Source: an uncultured Chloroflexia bacterium (GTDB taxonomy: Bacteria; Chloroflexota; Limnocylindria; Limnocylindrales; CSP1-4). From it: a DNA stretch of 64,000 nt. The notes under the pieces were generated by a model. The model saw only the letters and a list, made by a program, of their open reading frames with translations. It had not been told where the DNA came from and did not search any database. Position numbers and translations under genes: made by a program. This document shows positions 29,417-38,649 of the stretch, one piece after another. Each line of letters starts with the position of its first letter. The first letter of the stretch is position 1. Location of the stretch: the NCBI GenBank assembly GCA_963713975.1, contig OY970218.1:320001-384000 (forward strand), in the 5' to 3' direction.

Positions 29417-31534
29417 ATGACCCAGGACGACCACCAGCTCGCCGACGAACGCGCCACCGGTCGCCCCCGTGACGAGCAACGGTCACGGCACGTACCGGAG
29501 GTCCGGTGGGACGTCCGTGTCCCGGTCCGTGACGGCCTCGAGCTATCCGCCAACCTCTGGCTGCCGGTGCCCGCCCCCGAGGCCCCGGACGAGCGGTTCC
29601 CGGTCATCCTCGAGATGATCCCGTACGGCAAGGACAACTGGCGCCGGAACTCGGACACGGCGCGTGGCGAGTGGCTCGCTGAGCGCGGGTTCGCCCTGTG
29701 CCGGCTCGACGTCCGTGGCACGGGCTCCTCCCCCGGGATCGCCAGCGACGAGTACACCGAGGCGGAGACCCTCGACGGGTACGACGCCGTGGAGTGGCTG
29801 GCCGAGCAGCCCTGGTGCAACGGCAGCGTGGGCATGTGGGGCATCAGCTACGGCGGCTTCACCGCGATCCAGGTGGCGAAGCTCCGGCCCCCCCACCTGC
29901 GGGCGATCCTGCCGATGTACGCGACGGACGACCGCTATCGCGACGACGTCCACATCCGGGGCGGCTGCGTCACGGCCAGCGAGAAGTGCCAGTACGCCGT
30001 GAGCCAGCTGGGCATGAACGCGATGCCGCCCCACCCACCGTTCCGCGGCCAGGGCTGGCGGGAGGAGTGGCTCGCCAGGCTCGACCAGACACCACCGTGG
30101 CTCCTGAACTGGATCCGGGAGCAGACCGACGGCCCGTACTGGCGGCGCGGCTCGCTCGCCCCCGACTATGAGGCGCTCGAGTGCGCCGTCTTCCAGGTCG
30201 CGGGCTGGACGGACGCGTACCCTGACGCCGCGTTCCGGATCCAGGAGCGCTGCACCGGTGCTGCCGTTCGGACGCTCGTCGGCAACTGGGTCCATTCCTT
30301 TCCGGACGACGCCTATCCGGGCCCGAACATCGACTGGCTCCACGAGCTCGTCCGCTTCTTCGACCGCTACCTGCGGAACGTGGACAACGGCTGGGATCGC
30401 GAACCGGCGCTGGTCTGGTACGAGCGCGACTGGGCGGAGCCGGAGCCCTTCCCGGGCGCCTGGCCCGGCCGGTGGCGGTCCGCGGCGGCCTTCCCCGTGC
30501 CGGGCACGTCCCGGCGGGAGCTGTGGCTCGGACCTCGCTCGCTGGGGGCGGCGCCCGGGGCCGGCACGCTCGGGCCCGGTGCGCCCGTGGCCGCCTCGGC
30601 AGACTCGCTCCCCCACCGGGCGACGGTCGGGACGTCCGGCGCCCTGTCCTGGGGTGCCGGCTGGCAGCCCAACGGGCTGGCCCGGGACCTGCGCCCGGAC
30701 GAGCTGCGCGGCCTCACCTACACCTCAGCGCCGCTCAACGAGGCGCTCTCGGTCATCGGAGGGCCGGAGGCCATCCTCCACCTGTCGGCGTCGATGCCGG
30801 TCGCCACGTGCGTCGTCCGCCTCTCCGAGGTATCCCCGGGCGGAGTGTCGTCGCTGGTCGCCACGGGCGCGCTCAACCTGACCCACCGGCGCTCGGACAC
30901 GGACCCGGTGCCGATGCCGACCGGCGCGGGGGCCGTCGAGGAGGTCCGCGTCCCGCTCCGTGTCACGGGCTACCGGTTCAGCGCCGGCCACCGGATCCGC
31001 CTGACGGTGCTCACCTCCTACTGGCCCGTCCTCTGGCCGTCCCCGTTCCCCGGCGAGCTCCGGGTCCATCACGGCCCCGCGGCGCCATCCCGCCTGGTGC
31101 TGCCCGTCCTGGGCGACGAGGTGGCGACCCTGCCCGTCCCGCCGTTCAGGACGGAGCCGGTCGAGATGCGCGAGGTTGGCACGTACGCGGAGGATCCCCC
31201 GGAATGGCGAATCGAGGAGGACGTGCTCCGGGGCAGCGTGGCGGTCACGATCTTCGATGGCGGGGCCAGCACCCAGGAGGACGGTTCCAGCGTCTACAGC
31301 TCGGAGCGCCTGGTGCTCACGACCTCCGATGCGGACCCGGCCCATACGCGGCTGGAGAGCGATGTCGTCTACCGCTGGCGGGGGTTCGGGTCCGAGGCCG
31401 ACATCCGCGCGCGCGGGACGATCGCCTCGGATGACGCCGCGTTCGACGTGCGAGTCGCGCTCGAGGTGCGCCTCGACGGGGAGGCCTTCTTCGCCCGTGA
31501 GTGGCGGGAGCGGATCCCGCGGAACCTGGTCTGA
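29417..31534 (+). CDS. CocE/NonD family hydrolase (peptidase S15)
   Basis: VRDGLELSA, PYGK, DVRGTGSSPG, GISYGG, GWTD, GNWVH. Confidence 0.92.
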   Translation: MTQDDHQLADERATGRPRDEQRSRHVPEVRWDVRVPVRDGLELSANLWLPVPAPEAPDERFPVILEMIPYGKDNWRRNSDTARGEWLAERGFALCRLDVRGTGSSPGIASDEYTEAETLDGYDAVEWLAEQPWCNGSVGMWGISYGGFTAIQVAKLRPPHLRAILPMYATDDRYRDDVHIRGGCVTASEKCQYAVSQLGMNAMPPHPPFRGQGWREEWLARLDQTPPWLLNWIREQTDGPYWRRGSLAPDYEALECAVFQVAGWTDAYPDAAFRIQERCTGAAVRTLVGNWVHSFPDDAYPGPNIDWLHELVRFFDRYLRNVDNGWDREPALVWYERDWAEPEPFPGAWPGRWRSAAAFPVPGTSRRELWLGPRSLGAAPGAGTLGPGAPVAASADSLPHRATVGTSGALSWGAGWQPNGLARDLRPDELRGLTYTSAPLNEALSVIGGPEAILHLSASMPVATCVVRLSEVSPGGVSSLVATGALNLTHRRSDTDPVPMPTGAGAVEEVRVPLRVTGYRFSAGHRIRLTVLTSYWPVLWPSPFPGELRVHHGPAAPSRLVLPVLGDEVATLPVPPFRTEPVEMREVGTYAEDPPEWRIEEDVLRGSVAVTIFDGGASTQEDGSSVYSSERLVLTTSDADPAHTRLESDVVYRWRGFGSEADIRARGTIASDDAAFDVRVALEVRLDGEAFFAREWRERIPRNLV

Positions 31535-31538
31535 CCCG

Positions 31539-32582
31539 CTACCCGAGCGTGGCCAGCGCCGCCCTGGCGACCAGTGCGGTGACGAGCGCGACCGACACGC
31601 TGGCCAGGGTGCCGAGCAGGTAGTACTCCGCGAACCCGCGATCGTCGAGCTGTCTGAACCGGGCGAGGGTCTTGGCGGCGATCACGAAGCCGACGGCTGC
31701 CTCCGCCCCGGAGAGCACGAGCGTGACGATGAGCAGCCGTTCGAGGGCCCCAATGGTCGCCCCGATGCGGGCCGGGGCGCCGCTGGGCACGGACGAGCGC
31801 AGGCGTGCGGGGGTGGCGGCTGCGGCCGCTCCCGCCACGGGGGTGGCCGCCGATGGCGTCGGTGCGACGACGCCCGGCTCCACGGTGGCGACGAGCGGAC
31901 CGACGCGCACGGTGTAGCCGGCCGGCACCGCACTGGCGGCCGGAGCCGGACCGGCGTCCGCCACGACGGGCTCCGGCATCTCGCGGGGCGACACGAGCGC
32001 AAGGACAAAGTAGTAGGCGGCCCTCGTATTGACGATGAACAGCGAGACCATGACGACGCTCGTCAGCACGACGGCATTCACCACCTGCCGGTCCCAGGTC
32101 TTGAGGATCGCGTTCACGACGTCCACGAACCCCGGCAGGAGCGCGACGCCCTCGAGCAGGACCAGCCAGCCCACGATGGCGATCGTAAGGTGGAGCGCCT
32201 GGTCCGCCAGAAACAGCAGCCCGGGCCACGGTGTCCAGGCGGCGCCGAGGCCGGACGTCGGCACCTCGCCGGTCCCCGTCATGCGGCGCCGGGCCGTCGC
32301 GAGGGCCGCGTGCTCCGCCCGGCGCGTCGCCTGGACCTTCCAGCGGTCGACGGCGACGTGCGACAGGCCCACGACCAGGAGGTAGGCGACGCCGGGCAAC
32401 CCGAACGCCAGCACGACCGGGATGAGACACAGGGCCACGTGGAGGCCGTGCGTGGACAGCGCGGCCCAGCCACGGCGTCCACCCGCGCCCTTGTTGATCG
32501 CGATCCAGTCGTTCTGGAGCACGAAGTCCGCGATCAGGTGCGCCAGCACGAGCCAGGCGACGACCAGCACGGGATCGGTCAC
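31539..32582 (-). CDS. DUF3307 family membrane protein (SatE-like)
   Basis: LAHLIADFVLQ, H..H..SH..VD, DQALH, IGALER, AAKTLARF, AEYYLLGTLAS. Confidence 0.85.
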   Translation of the reverse strand: MTDPVLVVAWLVLAHLIADFVLQNDWIAINKGAGGRRGWAALSTHGLHVALCLIPVVLAFGLPGVAYLLVVGLSHVAVDRWKVQATRRAEHAALATARRRMTGTGEVPTSGLGAAWTPWPGLLFLADQALHLTIAIVGWLVLLEGVALLPGFVDVVNAILKTWDRQVVNAVVLTSVVMVSLFIVNTRAAYYFVLALVSPREMPEPVVADAGPAPAASAVPAGYTVRVGPLVATVEPGVVAPTPSAATPVAGAAAAATPARLRSSVPSGAPARIGATIGALERLLIVTLVLSGAEAAVGFVIAAKTLARFRQLDDRGFAEYYLLGTLASVSVALVTALVARAALATLG

Positions 32583-33256
32583 GACGCGCTCCCTGCAGCA
32601 TCTCCGGCCGCGGCCGCGGCATCGCCGGCTCTCGTGACACCGTCGCAGAAGATGGTCGCGAGCGCGGTCGCCAGCCGCCCAAGGTGCCGGATCCGGCCGC
32701 GGCTCGCGATCACGGAGACGGTCGCCCGGCTCACGCCGAGGCGCTCCGCTGCGTCCGCCCGTCGGAGCCCGTCGACCAGCAGGAGCCGTCCGACCTCGCG
32801 CTGGCGCTCCGTCAGCTCATCGAGCAGCGCGGGAAGGAGTGGTCCGAGGTCGGCGAGCAGCCCATCGGCCACCGGGTCACCGGTCACCGCGAGCAGCCCC
32901 TCCCGGTGCGTCCGCGCCTGGTCCAGGAGCTGGCGAGCCGCGTGGAAGGCAGGCCCGGTGCGCTCCGTCGCAGGTCCCTGGCCCGGCTGGACCTCCCCGG
33001 CAACGATGACCCACCGGAGGACCCGCGAGCCGGGGAGCAGGGCCGCGCGCACGACCGCCGTGAACGGGTCCGCGTCCGGGGCGAGCAGCAGCTGGACCTC
33101 GTCGCCCTGCGTGAACCCTGCCGGCGCGATGCGCTGGCCGGCATAGGCTCGCTCCAGCTCGTCCCGGAGGGTTCGGAGGTAGTCAGACGCGCCGGCATCA
33201 CGCCGCGAATCCACGACGTCCCCGAAGACCACGGTCGCCGCGATGTCCGATGTCAC
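32579..33256 (-). CDS. satD: SatD family protein (nucleotidyl-cyclase-like palm domain + C-terminal HTH)
   Basis: FGDVVDSR, TQGDEVQ, GPAFHAAR; HTH LTERQRE...DAAERLGVSRATVS. Confidence 0.85.
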   Translation of the reverse strand: MTSDIAATVVFGDVVDSRRDAGASDYLRTLRDELERAYAGQRIAPAGFTQGDEVQLLLAPDADPFTAVVRAALLPGSRVLRWVIVAGEVQPGQGPATERTGPAFHAARQLLDQARTHREGLLAVTGDPVADGLLADLGPLLPALLDELTERQREVGRLLLVDGLRRADAAERLGVSRATVSVIASRGRIRHLGRLATALATIFCDGVTRAGDAAAAAGDAAGSAS

Positions 33257-33263
33257 GCGCCGG

Positions 33264-33327
33264 AGCCTACTCCATCACGAGTTAGCCACAAATGGCTATG
33301 TAGCCCACAGGTAACCACAAATGGCCA
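33264..33327 (-). promoter_or_regulatory. satD promoter (TAGGCT -10) with tandem palindromic boxes
   Basis: TAGCCA-CAAA-TGGCTA (33283-33298) and TAACCA-CAAA-TGGCCA (33312-33327); -10 at 33269-33264, 7 nt before the GTG. Confidence 0.7.
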
Positions 33328-33340
33328 TCAAGCCGCAATG

Positions 33341-34870
33341 TCAAACCGGCGACACCCCGGATCGAGCGACGAGACCTTCGACCGCGACCTCCAGGGCTGC
33401 GTGGTGGGCGTCCGTCGCGAAGTCGAGGAGCGGGTCTGCCTGGAGGACGTGCTCGCTCAGCGCCCCACCCACGCGCACGTATACCACCGGGTAGAGGCCG
33501 CCTTTGCCGTCCGACTCGATCGTCATAGCCGCCAGGTCCGTGGTCATCCCGTCCAGGGCGTGGGCGAGCGGCAGGATCCCCTCGTCACGGAGCCCGCGGT
33601 CCCCCGACGCGGACACGACGCGGGCGAGGTACGCCTTCTGGTGCCACAGCTCGGGGGCGGCGGTCGCCTCGCGCAGGAGATACGGGACCAGGTCCACCGG
33701 GCTCACGGCAGGCGCCTCGACCGTGATCCCGAAGCGAGTCCGGGCGATGTGCCGGGCCAGGACCATGCTGTTGTACCGGTGCCCGTGGACCGCGCCGGAG
33801 TTGGCGGGGATCCCGTGCTTGCGCAGGCCCGGTGCGGCCTGGCTGATGGTCCCGGCAAAGAAGATGCCGGGTACCGTCGTGCTCTCCCAGAACGGCGTGA
33901 CGGCGGGCAGCCGACTGGCGCCGAACGTCGCGACGCCGAGCTCGGGCAGGTCCAGCAGAGGGCAGGTGAAGCCCGTGGCCGCGATGACCTCGTCGGCCTG
34001 CACGCACATCGGCTCGCCGTTGTCGGTGCGCCGGAGGTCCACCCGCACGGCCTCGCCGTCGGGGGTGAGTCCCGTGATCGAGGCGTCCAGGATGCTCACT
34101 CCAAGACCCAGGAAGCCGTCCTCGAACGGCTGGACGTAGCGGGCACGCACGCCCACCAGGGACTTCGTCTGGATGCTGGTCTTCGCGGGCGACGGCGAGC
34201 AGACGGTGATCGAGGATGCCCACGGGGCAAGGCCGGAGGCCAGCTCGAACCCGGAGTTCTGCTTCCCGATGATGAACACCCGCCGCCCCGCATACGAGGC
34301 GGCGTCCCGGGTCTCGGCGTAGTGATTGGCAAGCTCGATGCCGGGCGTCGCCGGGCTCGAGGGTTCGGCGATCCCGACCGCCAGGACGAGGGTCCGACAG
34401 CGGTACTCGCCGTCGCTCGTCTCGAGGATGAAGGTGGCGCCGTCCGGACCGTCCTCCCGGCTCGTCCGCTCCCAGCGACAGTCGTAGCGGACCCGGATCC
34501 CGGCCCGTTCGGCAAATGCCTCGAGGTTGGCCTGCATCCCGGGGCGGGACGGGAAGTACGAGGTCCCGTCGAGGAAGTCAGCCTGGAGGGAGCGCAGCTC
34601 GGGCTCGTCGGCCAGCAGGCTGTTCCAGTCGTAGCGCTCGTACTCGCGGCTGCCGCGCTCGACCGGCGCATAGGGCTTCGTCCACGACAGCAGCCGCTGG
34701 AAGAACGGCCAGCGGCGGAACATCCCGCCCGCGCCGGAGTCCGCGGACAGGACGGCGTGCGGCACCCCGAGCCGGCCGAGCCCATACGAGAGCTGGAGGC
34801 CGCCGGGCCCGGAGCCGACGACGATGACCGGGTAGTCGCCAGGGGGGAAGGGACGGTCGGCTGCGTCCAC
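33341..34870 (-). CDS. FAD/NAD(P)-dependent oxidoreductase (FMO/Pyr_redox_3-like)
   Basis: VVGSGPGG FAD motif, IIGKQNSG NAD(P) motif, ATGF, GIFFAG; starts at the stop of the upstream cNMP gene. Confidence 0.85.
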   Translation of the reverse strand: MDAADRPFPPGDYPVIVVGSGPGGLQLSYGLGRLGVPHAVLSADSGAGGMFRRWPFFQRLLSWTKPYAPVERGSREYERYDWNSLLADEPELRSLQADFLDGTSYFPSRPGMQANLEAFAERAGIRVRYDCRWERTSREDGPDGATFILETSDGEYRCRTLVLAVGIAEPSSPATPGIELANHYAETRDAASYAGRRVFIIGKQNSGFELASGLAPWASSITVCSPSPAKTSIQTKSLVGVRARYVQPFEDGFLGLGVSILDASITGLTPDGEAVRVDLRRTDNGEPMCVQADEVIAATGFTCPLLDLPELGVATFGASRLPAVTPFWESTTVPGIFFAGTISQAAPGLRKHGIPANSGAVHGHRYNSMVLARHIARTRFGITVEAPAVSPVDLVPYLLREATAAPELWHQKAYLARVVSASGDRGLRDEGILPLAHALDGMTTDLAAMTIESDGKGGLYPVVYVRVGGALSEHVLQADPLLDFATDAHHAALEVAVEGLVARSGVSPV

Positions 34871-34872
34871 CA

Positions 34873-35295
34873 CTAGCTCCGCCAGCGGTTGGCGTTGCGC
34901 AGGCGGCGGGCCTGGGCCTGCAGCATCCGCAGCATGACCGTGGGGTTGGCGAGCAGGAACGGCGCCACGGCCGAGGGCCCCATCACGAGGCAGTGCAGCG
35001 TGCTCTTGGCGACCACGTCGGCGGTCGGCGGTTCGCCGAGCAGGATCGACACCTCGCCGAAGAAGTCGCCGCGGTGCAGCGTGCTGCGCACGGTCCCGTC
35101 GATGCAGACCTCGGCGGACCCCTCCAGGATGAGGTAGAAGCCCGATCCGGTCATCCCCTGGCGGAGGATCCGGTCGCCCTCGGCAGCGACGGCCTCCTCG
35201 AACATGCCGGCGACGCTGAGCAGCTGGGGTGACCCCATGTCGGCGAACAGGGCAAACCCGGACAGCGTGTCGGCGAGCTCTTCGCGGCTGGCCAC
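34873..35295 (-). CDS. Stand-alone cyclic-nucleotide-binding domain protein (no HTH)
   Basis: ILRQG...FYLILEG...GDFFGEVSILLGEPPTADV; GGAGGA RBS. Confidence 0.88.
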   Translation of the reverse strand: MASREELADTLSGFALFADMGSPQLLSVAGMFEEAVAAEGDRILRQGMTGSGFYLILEGSAEVCIDGTVRSTLHRGDFFGEVSILLGEPPTADVVAKSTLHCLVMGPSAVAPFLLANPTVMLRMLQAQARRLRNANRWRS

Positions 35296-35458
35296 GAGTC
35301 CTCCATTCTCCCCGGCCAATCGCGGCCCGCGGGGTGGCGTGCATGGTCCCACACTCCGCTCCATCGAGTGGGGGCGGGTCGGGTCGTGGCGGCGGCAATC
35401 CGTTGACGACGGGCCGCCGTGCGGCGCACCATGGCGACCCATCCATCCGGAGGAATCG

Positions 35459-35887
35459 ATGCCGCTTGCCGCGTCCCAGCGCGAGGCACTTGTCGCTGCC
35501 TGCCCGCTGTTCCATGGCCTCGATGCCGAGGGCCTGACCGCCGTGGGCAATGCCGTGATCGAGGTCGACTTCCCGGCCGAGCGGGTCATCGCCCGACAGG
35601 GCGAGATCGGGACCGGGCTGTTCATCGTGGCCGAAGGATCCGTCCGGGTCGTTCGCGAGGGAACGCTCCTCGCGCGGCTGGGCCCGGGTGACTTCTTTGG
35701 CGAGCTCTCCGTCCTCGACGGCGGCCCGCGCAACGCCCATGTGATCGCCGACCAGCCCACGACCTGCCTCGCGCTCGCGACCTGGGACGCGGAGCGGGTG
35801 ATGCGCGAGCAGCCGGGCGTCGCGCTGGCAGTGGTGCGAGTCCTGGCGGCGCGGCTGCGTGAGGCCACGGCGGATTACAGGATCTGA
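35459..35887 (+). CDS. Stand-alone cyclic-nucleotide-binding domain protein (no HTH)
   Basis: IARQGE...LFIVAEG...GDFFGELSVLDGGPRNAHV; GGAGGA RBS. Confidence 0.9.
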   Translation: MPLAASQREALVAACPLFHGLDAEGLTAVGNAVIEVDFPAERVIARQGEIGTGLFIVAEGSVRVVREGTLLARLGPGDFFGELSVLDGGPRNAHVIADQPTTCLALATWDAERVMREQPGVALAVVRVLAARLREATADYRI

Positions 35888-36091
35888 GGGCCCGGCATCC
35901 CGTCGTCGCGAGACGGCGTAGCATGGCGTGGTGCCGGCCGGCGACATCGCCACCGCCCCCGATCCCGGGGCGCCCGGCCCTATTTGGCTGACCACAGGCA
36001 CCTGAGGGAGGGCCCGACGATTGGATGACGGCGCGCCCCGTCCCGGCGTGACCCGGCAGCCCGACCTCCACCGCACGGCTCACGACGGCAC

Positions 36092-37417
36092 ATGAGCGGC
36101 GGCAGGCGGCTCGGACCGATCGCATTCCGGGCATACGGCCAGTTCAGCCGGGACGCCCGCCTGATCCTCGTCACCAGCCTCGTGGTGGGGGCGACGGTCA
36201 GCCTGTGGTGGATCGACTTCAACCTGTACCTCGTCTCGCTCGGCTACTCGACCGCGACGATCGGGCTGGTGTCGACGCTTGCGGCGCTGGCCGGCGGGCT
36301 GATCGCGTTTCCCGCGAGCGCCGCGTCGGATCGGGTCGGGCGACGAATGGTGTTCTTCGCCGGGCTCGTCGCCGCGATCGTCGCCCTGGTGGCGCTGCTC
36401 GCGAGCGAGACGCTGATCGTGGTCGCGCTCGGGGCCGCCCTGTGGTCGATGGGGTTCCAGGCCTTCCAGGTCGTGATCGCGCCCTACATGACCGAGCACA
36501 GCACCCCGTCGCATCGCAACGAGCTGTTCGCGGTGCAGTTCGCCATCCAGAACATGACCAATATCGCCGCCGCCATCCTCGGTGCGGTGGTCGCCACGTG
36601 GCTTGCCGGCGCCCTGGGGATGGCCGCTGACGGCCCGGGCGTCTACCGGATCATCCTCGTGATCATGCTGGCGCTGACGGTGCTCGGGCTCGTCACGGTC
36701 GCCAGGCTCAGGGACGACCGGCCCTCGCGGATCGTGGGTGCCCGCCTCCGCAGCCTCGGCGAGCCCGCCGCGTTCCCGGCCGATCCGCGCCGTCCGAGGA
36801 CGATGCTGGGGATCACGATCCGCGATCGGGCCAGGTTCGCGAAGCTGCTGATCCCGGGCTTGCTCATCTCGATCGGCGCGGGCCAGATCATCCCGTTCCT
36901 CAACGTCTACATCCAGCGGAAGTTCGGGCTCGATCTGGCGGAGCTCAACGCCGTCTTCGCACTGACGTCGCTGGGCACGGTCGCGGCCATCCTCGCCCAG
37001 CCGTGGCTGGCCCGCCGGTTCGGCCAGATCACATCGGTGGTGCTGGTCCAGGCGGCGTCGATCCCCTTCCTCGTGATCCTCGGCTTCTCGCCCATCCTGT
37101 GGAGCGTGATCCTCGCGATGGCCGTCCGGAACTCGCTGATGAACGCGGGCAACCCGATCTTCAACGCATTCGCGATGGAGCAGGTGTCTCCTGTCGAGCG
37201 CGCGTCCCTCTCGGCCGCGATGAGCGTGCTGTGGCAGGTGGGCTGGGTGATCGGCGGCACCTGGTATGCGCTGCTCCAGGCATCACTGGGGTTCGAGGCC
37301 GGCTACACGATCAACTTCATCACGATCATTGCCCTGTACTCGATCGCCACTGCGCTGTACTGGATCTGGTTCCGGGAGGCGGACCGGCGAGCCCTTCGAG
37401 CCCGGCAGGCCACCTGA
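36092..37417 (+). CDS. MFS transporter
   Basis: 12 TM; ASDRVGRR and LARRFG motif A copies. Confidence 0.9.
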   Translation: MSGGRRLGPIAFRAYGQFSRDARLILVTSLVVGATVSLWWIDFNLYLVSLGYSTATIGLVSTLAALAGGLIAFPASAASDRVGRRMVFFAGLVAAIVALVALLASETLIVVALGAALWSMGFQAFQVVIAPYMTEHSTPSHRNELFAVQFAIQNMTNIAAAILGAVVATWLAGALGMAADGPGVYRIILVIMLALTVLGLVTVARLRDDRPSRIVGARLRSLGEPAAFPADPRRPRTMLGITIRDRARFAKLLIPGLLISIGAGQIIPFLNVYIQRKFGLDLAELNAVFALTSLGTVAAILAQPWLARRFGQITSVVLVQAASIPFLVILGFSPILWSVILAMAVRNSLMNAGNPIFNAFAMEQVSPVERASLSAAMSVLWQVGWVIGGTWYALLQASLGFEAGYTINFITIIALYSIATALYWIWFREADRRALRARQAT

Positions 37418-37483
37418 CCGCAGGGCAGGCCAGGGACGGTGGATGGATACCGTCCGTCCGCACCGGCCGGTAGACTGCGCGCC

Positions 37484-38341
37484 ATGGCAGACACCCACGC
37501 CCCCGGTCGCGCGAAGACGGGGATCCCCCGCAACCCGGGCCGCCACGAGCTGGGGATGAGGGCGACGCTCCTGTTCCCCGACAAGGAAATCGTGGAGCGC
37601 TTCTACGTGCCGCTGGTCTACACGGCGTGCCGTACCTGCTACTCGGAGCTGGAGCCCCAGGAGATCTTCCGGCGGGCGGTCGAGGGCGAGGTCGCGCCGG
37701 CCTCCATGCAGCGGCTCATTTCGAACGTGATCGAATCCGGCCACGGCTCCACGATCGAGCACATCGTCTTCACCTTCGGCCTCTCGGGCGTGTCACGGAC
37801 GCTGTCCCACCAGCTCGTCCGCCACCGCGCCGGTGTCGCCTTCGACCAGCAGAGCCAGCGCTATGTGAAGTTCAAGGGCGCGGCCACGATGCTGCCGGCG
37901 ACCATCGCGGAGGCCGAGCCCGACCTCCGCGCGCGCTACGAGGACCAGGTCGACGGGGCGCTCGGCCTGTACGCCGAGCTGGTGGAAGCCGGGGTGCCCG
38001 GCGAGGACGCCCGGTTCGTCTTTCCCAACGCGACGCGCACCAACCTCGTCATGACGACGAACCTGCGCGCCCTCATCCACATGTCGGGACTGCGCCTGTG
38101 CACCATGGCCCAGTGGGAGATCCGCCGGCTGTTCCAGCTGATGCGCCACGAGGTCTTTGGCGTGTCGCCGTTCCTGGGCTCGTTCCTGGCGCCCAAGTGC
38201 GTGCCGCTAGGCTACTGCGACGAGTTCAATAACCGCGACGAGCACTGTCCCATCCGGCCGCACAAGGACAACGTCCTGGGTGCCTGGGCGCAGGGACGCG
38301 ACGCCGCCCGCGCGGCGGGGCGCGACCTGCCGGTCACCTGA
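37484..38341 (+). CDS. thyX: FAD-dependent thymidylate synthase ThyX
   Basis: GHGSTIEH, SHQLVRHR...QQSQRY, EDARFVFP, AQWEIR. Confidence 0.95.
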   Translation: MADTHAPGRAKTGIPRNPGRHELGMRATLLFPDKEIVERFYVPLVYTACRTCYSELEPQEIFRRAVEGEVAPASMQRLISNVIESGHGSTIEHIVFTFGLSGVSRTLSHQLVRHRAGVAFDQQSQRYVKFKGAATMLPATIAEAEPDLRARYEDQVDGALGLYAELVEAGVPGEDARFVFPNATRTNLVMTTNLRALIHMSGLRLCTMAQWEIRRLFQLMRHEVFGVSPFLGSFLAPKCVPLGYCDEFNNRDEHCPIRPHKDNVLGAWAQGRDAARAAGRDLPVT

Positions 38342-38423
38342 CCGATACTGTGTGGCCGCCGCCGTCACAGAGCACAACCGCCCAGGCGCCCGCCGTGGCG
38401 CGCCGTCCAGAGGAGCATCGAGC

Positions 38424-38609
38424 GTGAAGAAGCTTGGCGTCGTCGCCTTTGTCATCGCCGCCGCCATCACCGGCGCGGCCGGGCTGTCGGGAACGGCATG
38501 GTCCGGCTACGACCACATGATCGTGCTGTTCTGCGCGATCTTCTTCGGGATCATCGTGCTCGGCGCAGTCCTCGATCGCGCCGCGCGAAACGCCGCAGGC
38601 GGCGGCTGA
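38424..38609 (+). CDS. Small 2-TM membrane protein (61 aa)
   Basis: AGGAG RBS, GTG start; MKKLGVVAFVIAAA... with two hydrophobic helices. Confidence 0.65.
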   Translation: MKKLGVVAFVIAAAITGAAGLSGTAWSGYDHMIVLFCAIFFGIIVLGAVLDRAARNAAGGG

Positions 38610-38649
38610 CCTCGTCCCTGCCCCGGGAACCAGGGCGCCGGCACCCCGA

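Noticed and set aside
33341-36076. 911-aa ORF as a single giant oxidoreductase
   Set aside because: The upstream 400 codons are low-complexity read-through overlapping two real cNMP genes in other frames; the Rossmann motif begins right after GTG 34870.
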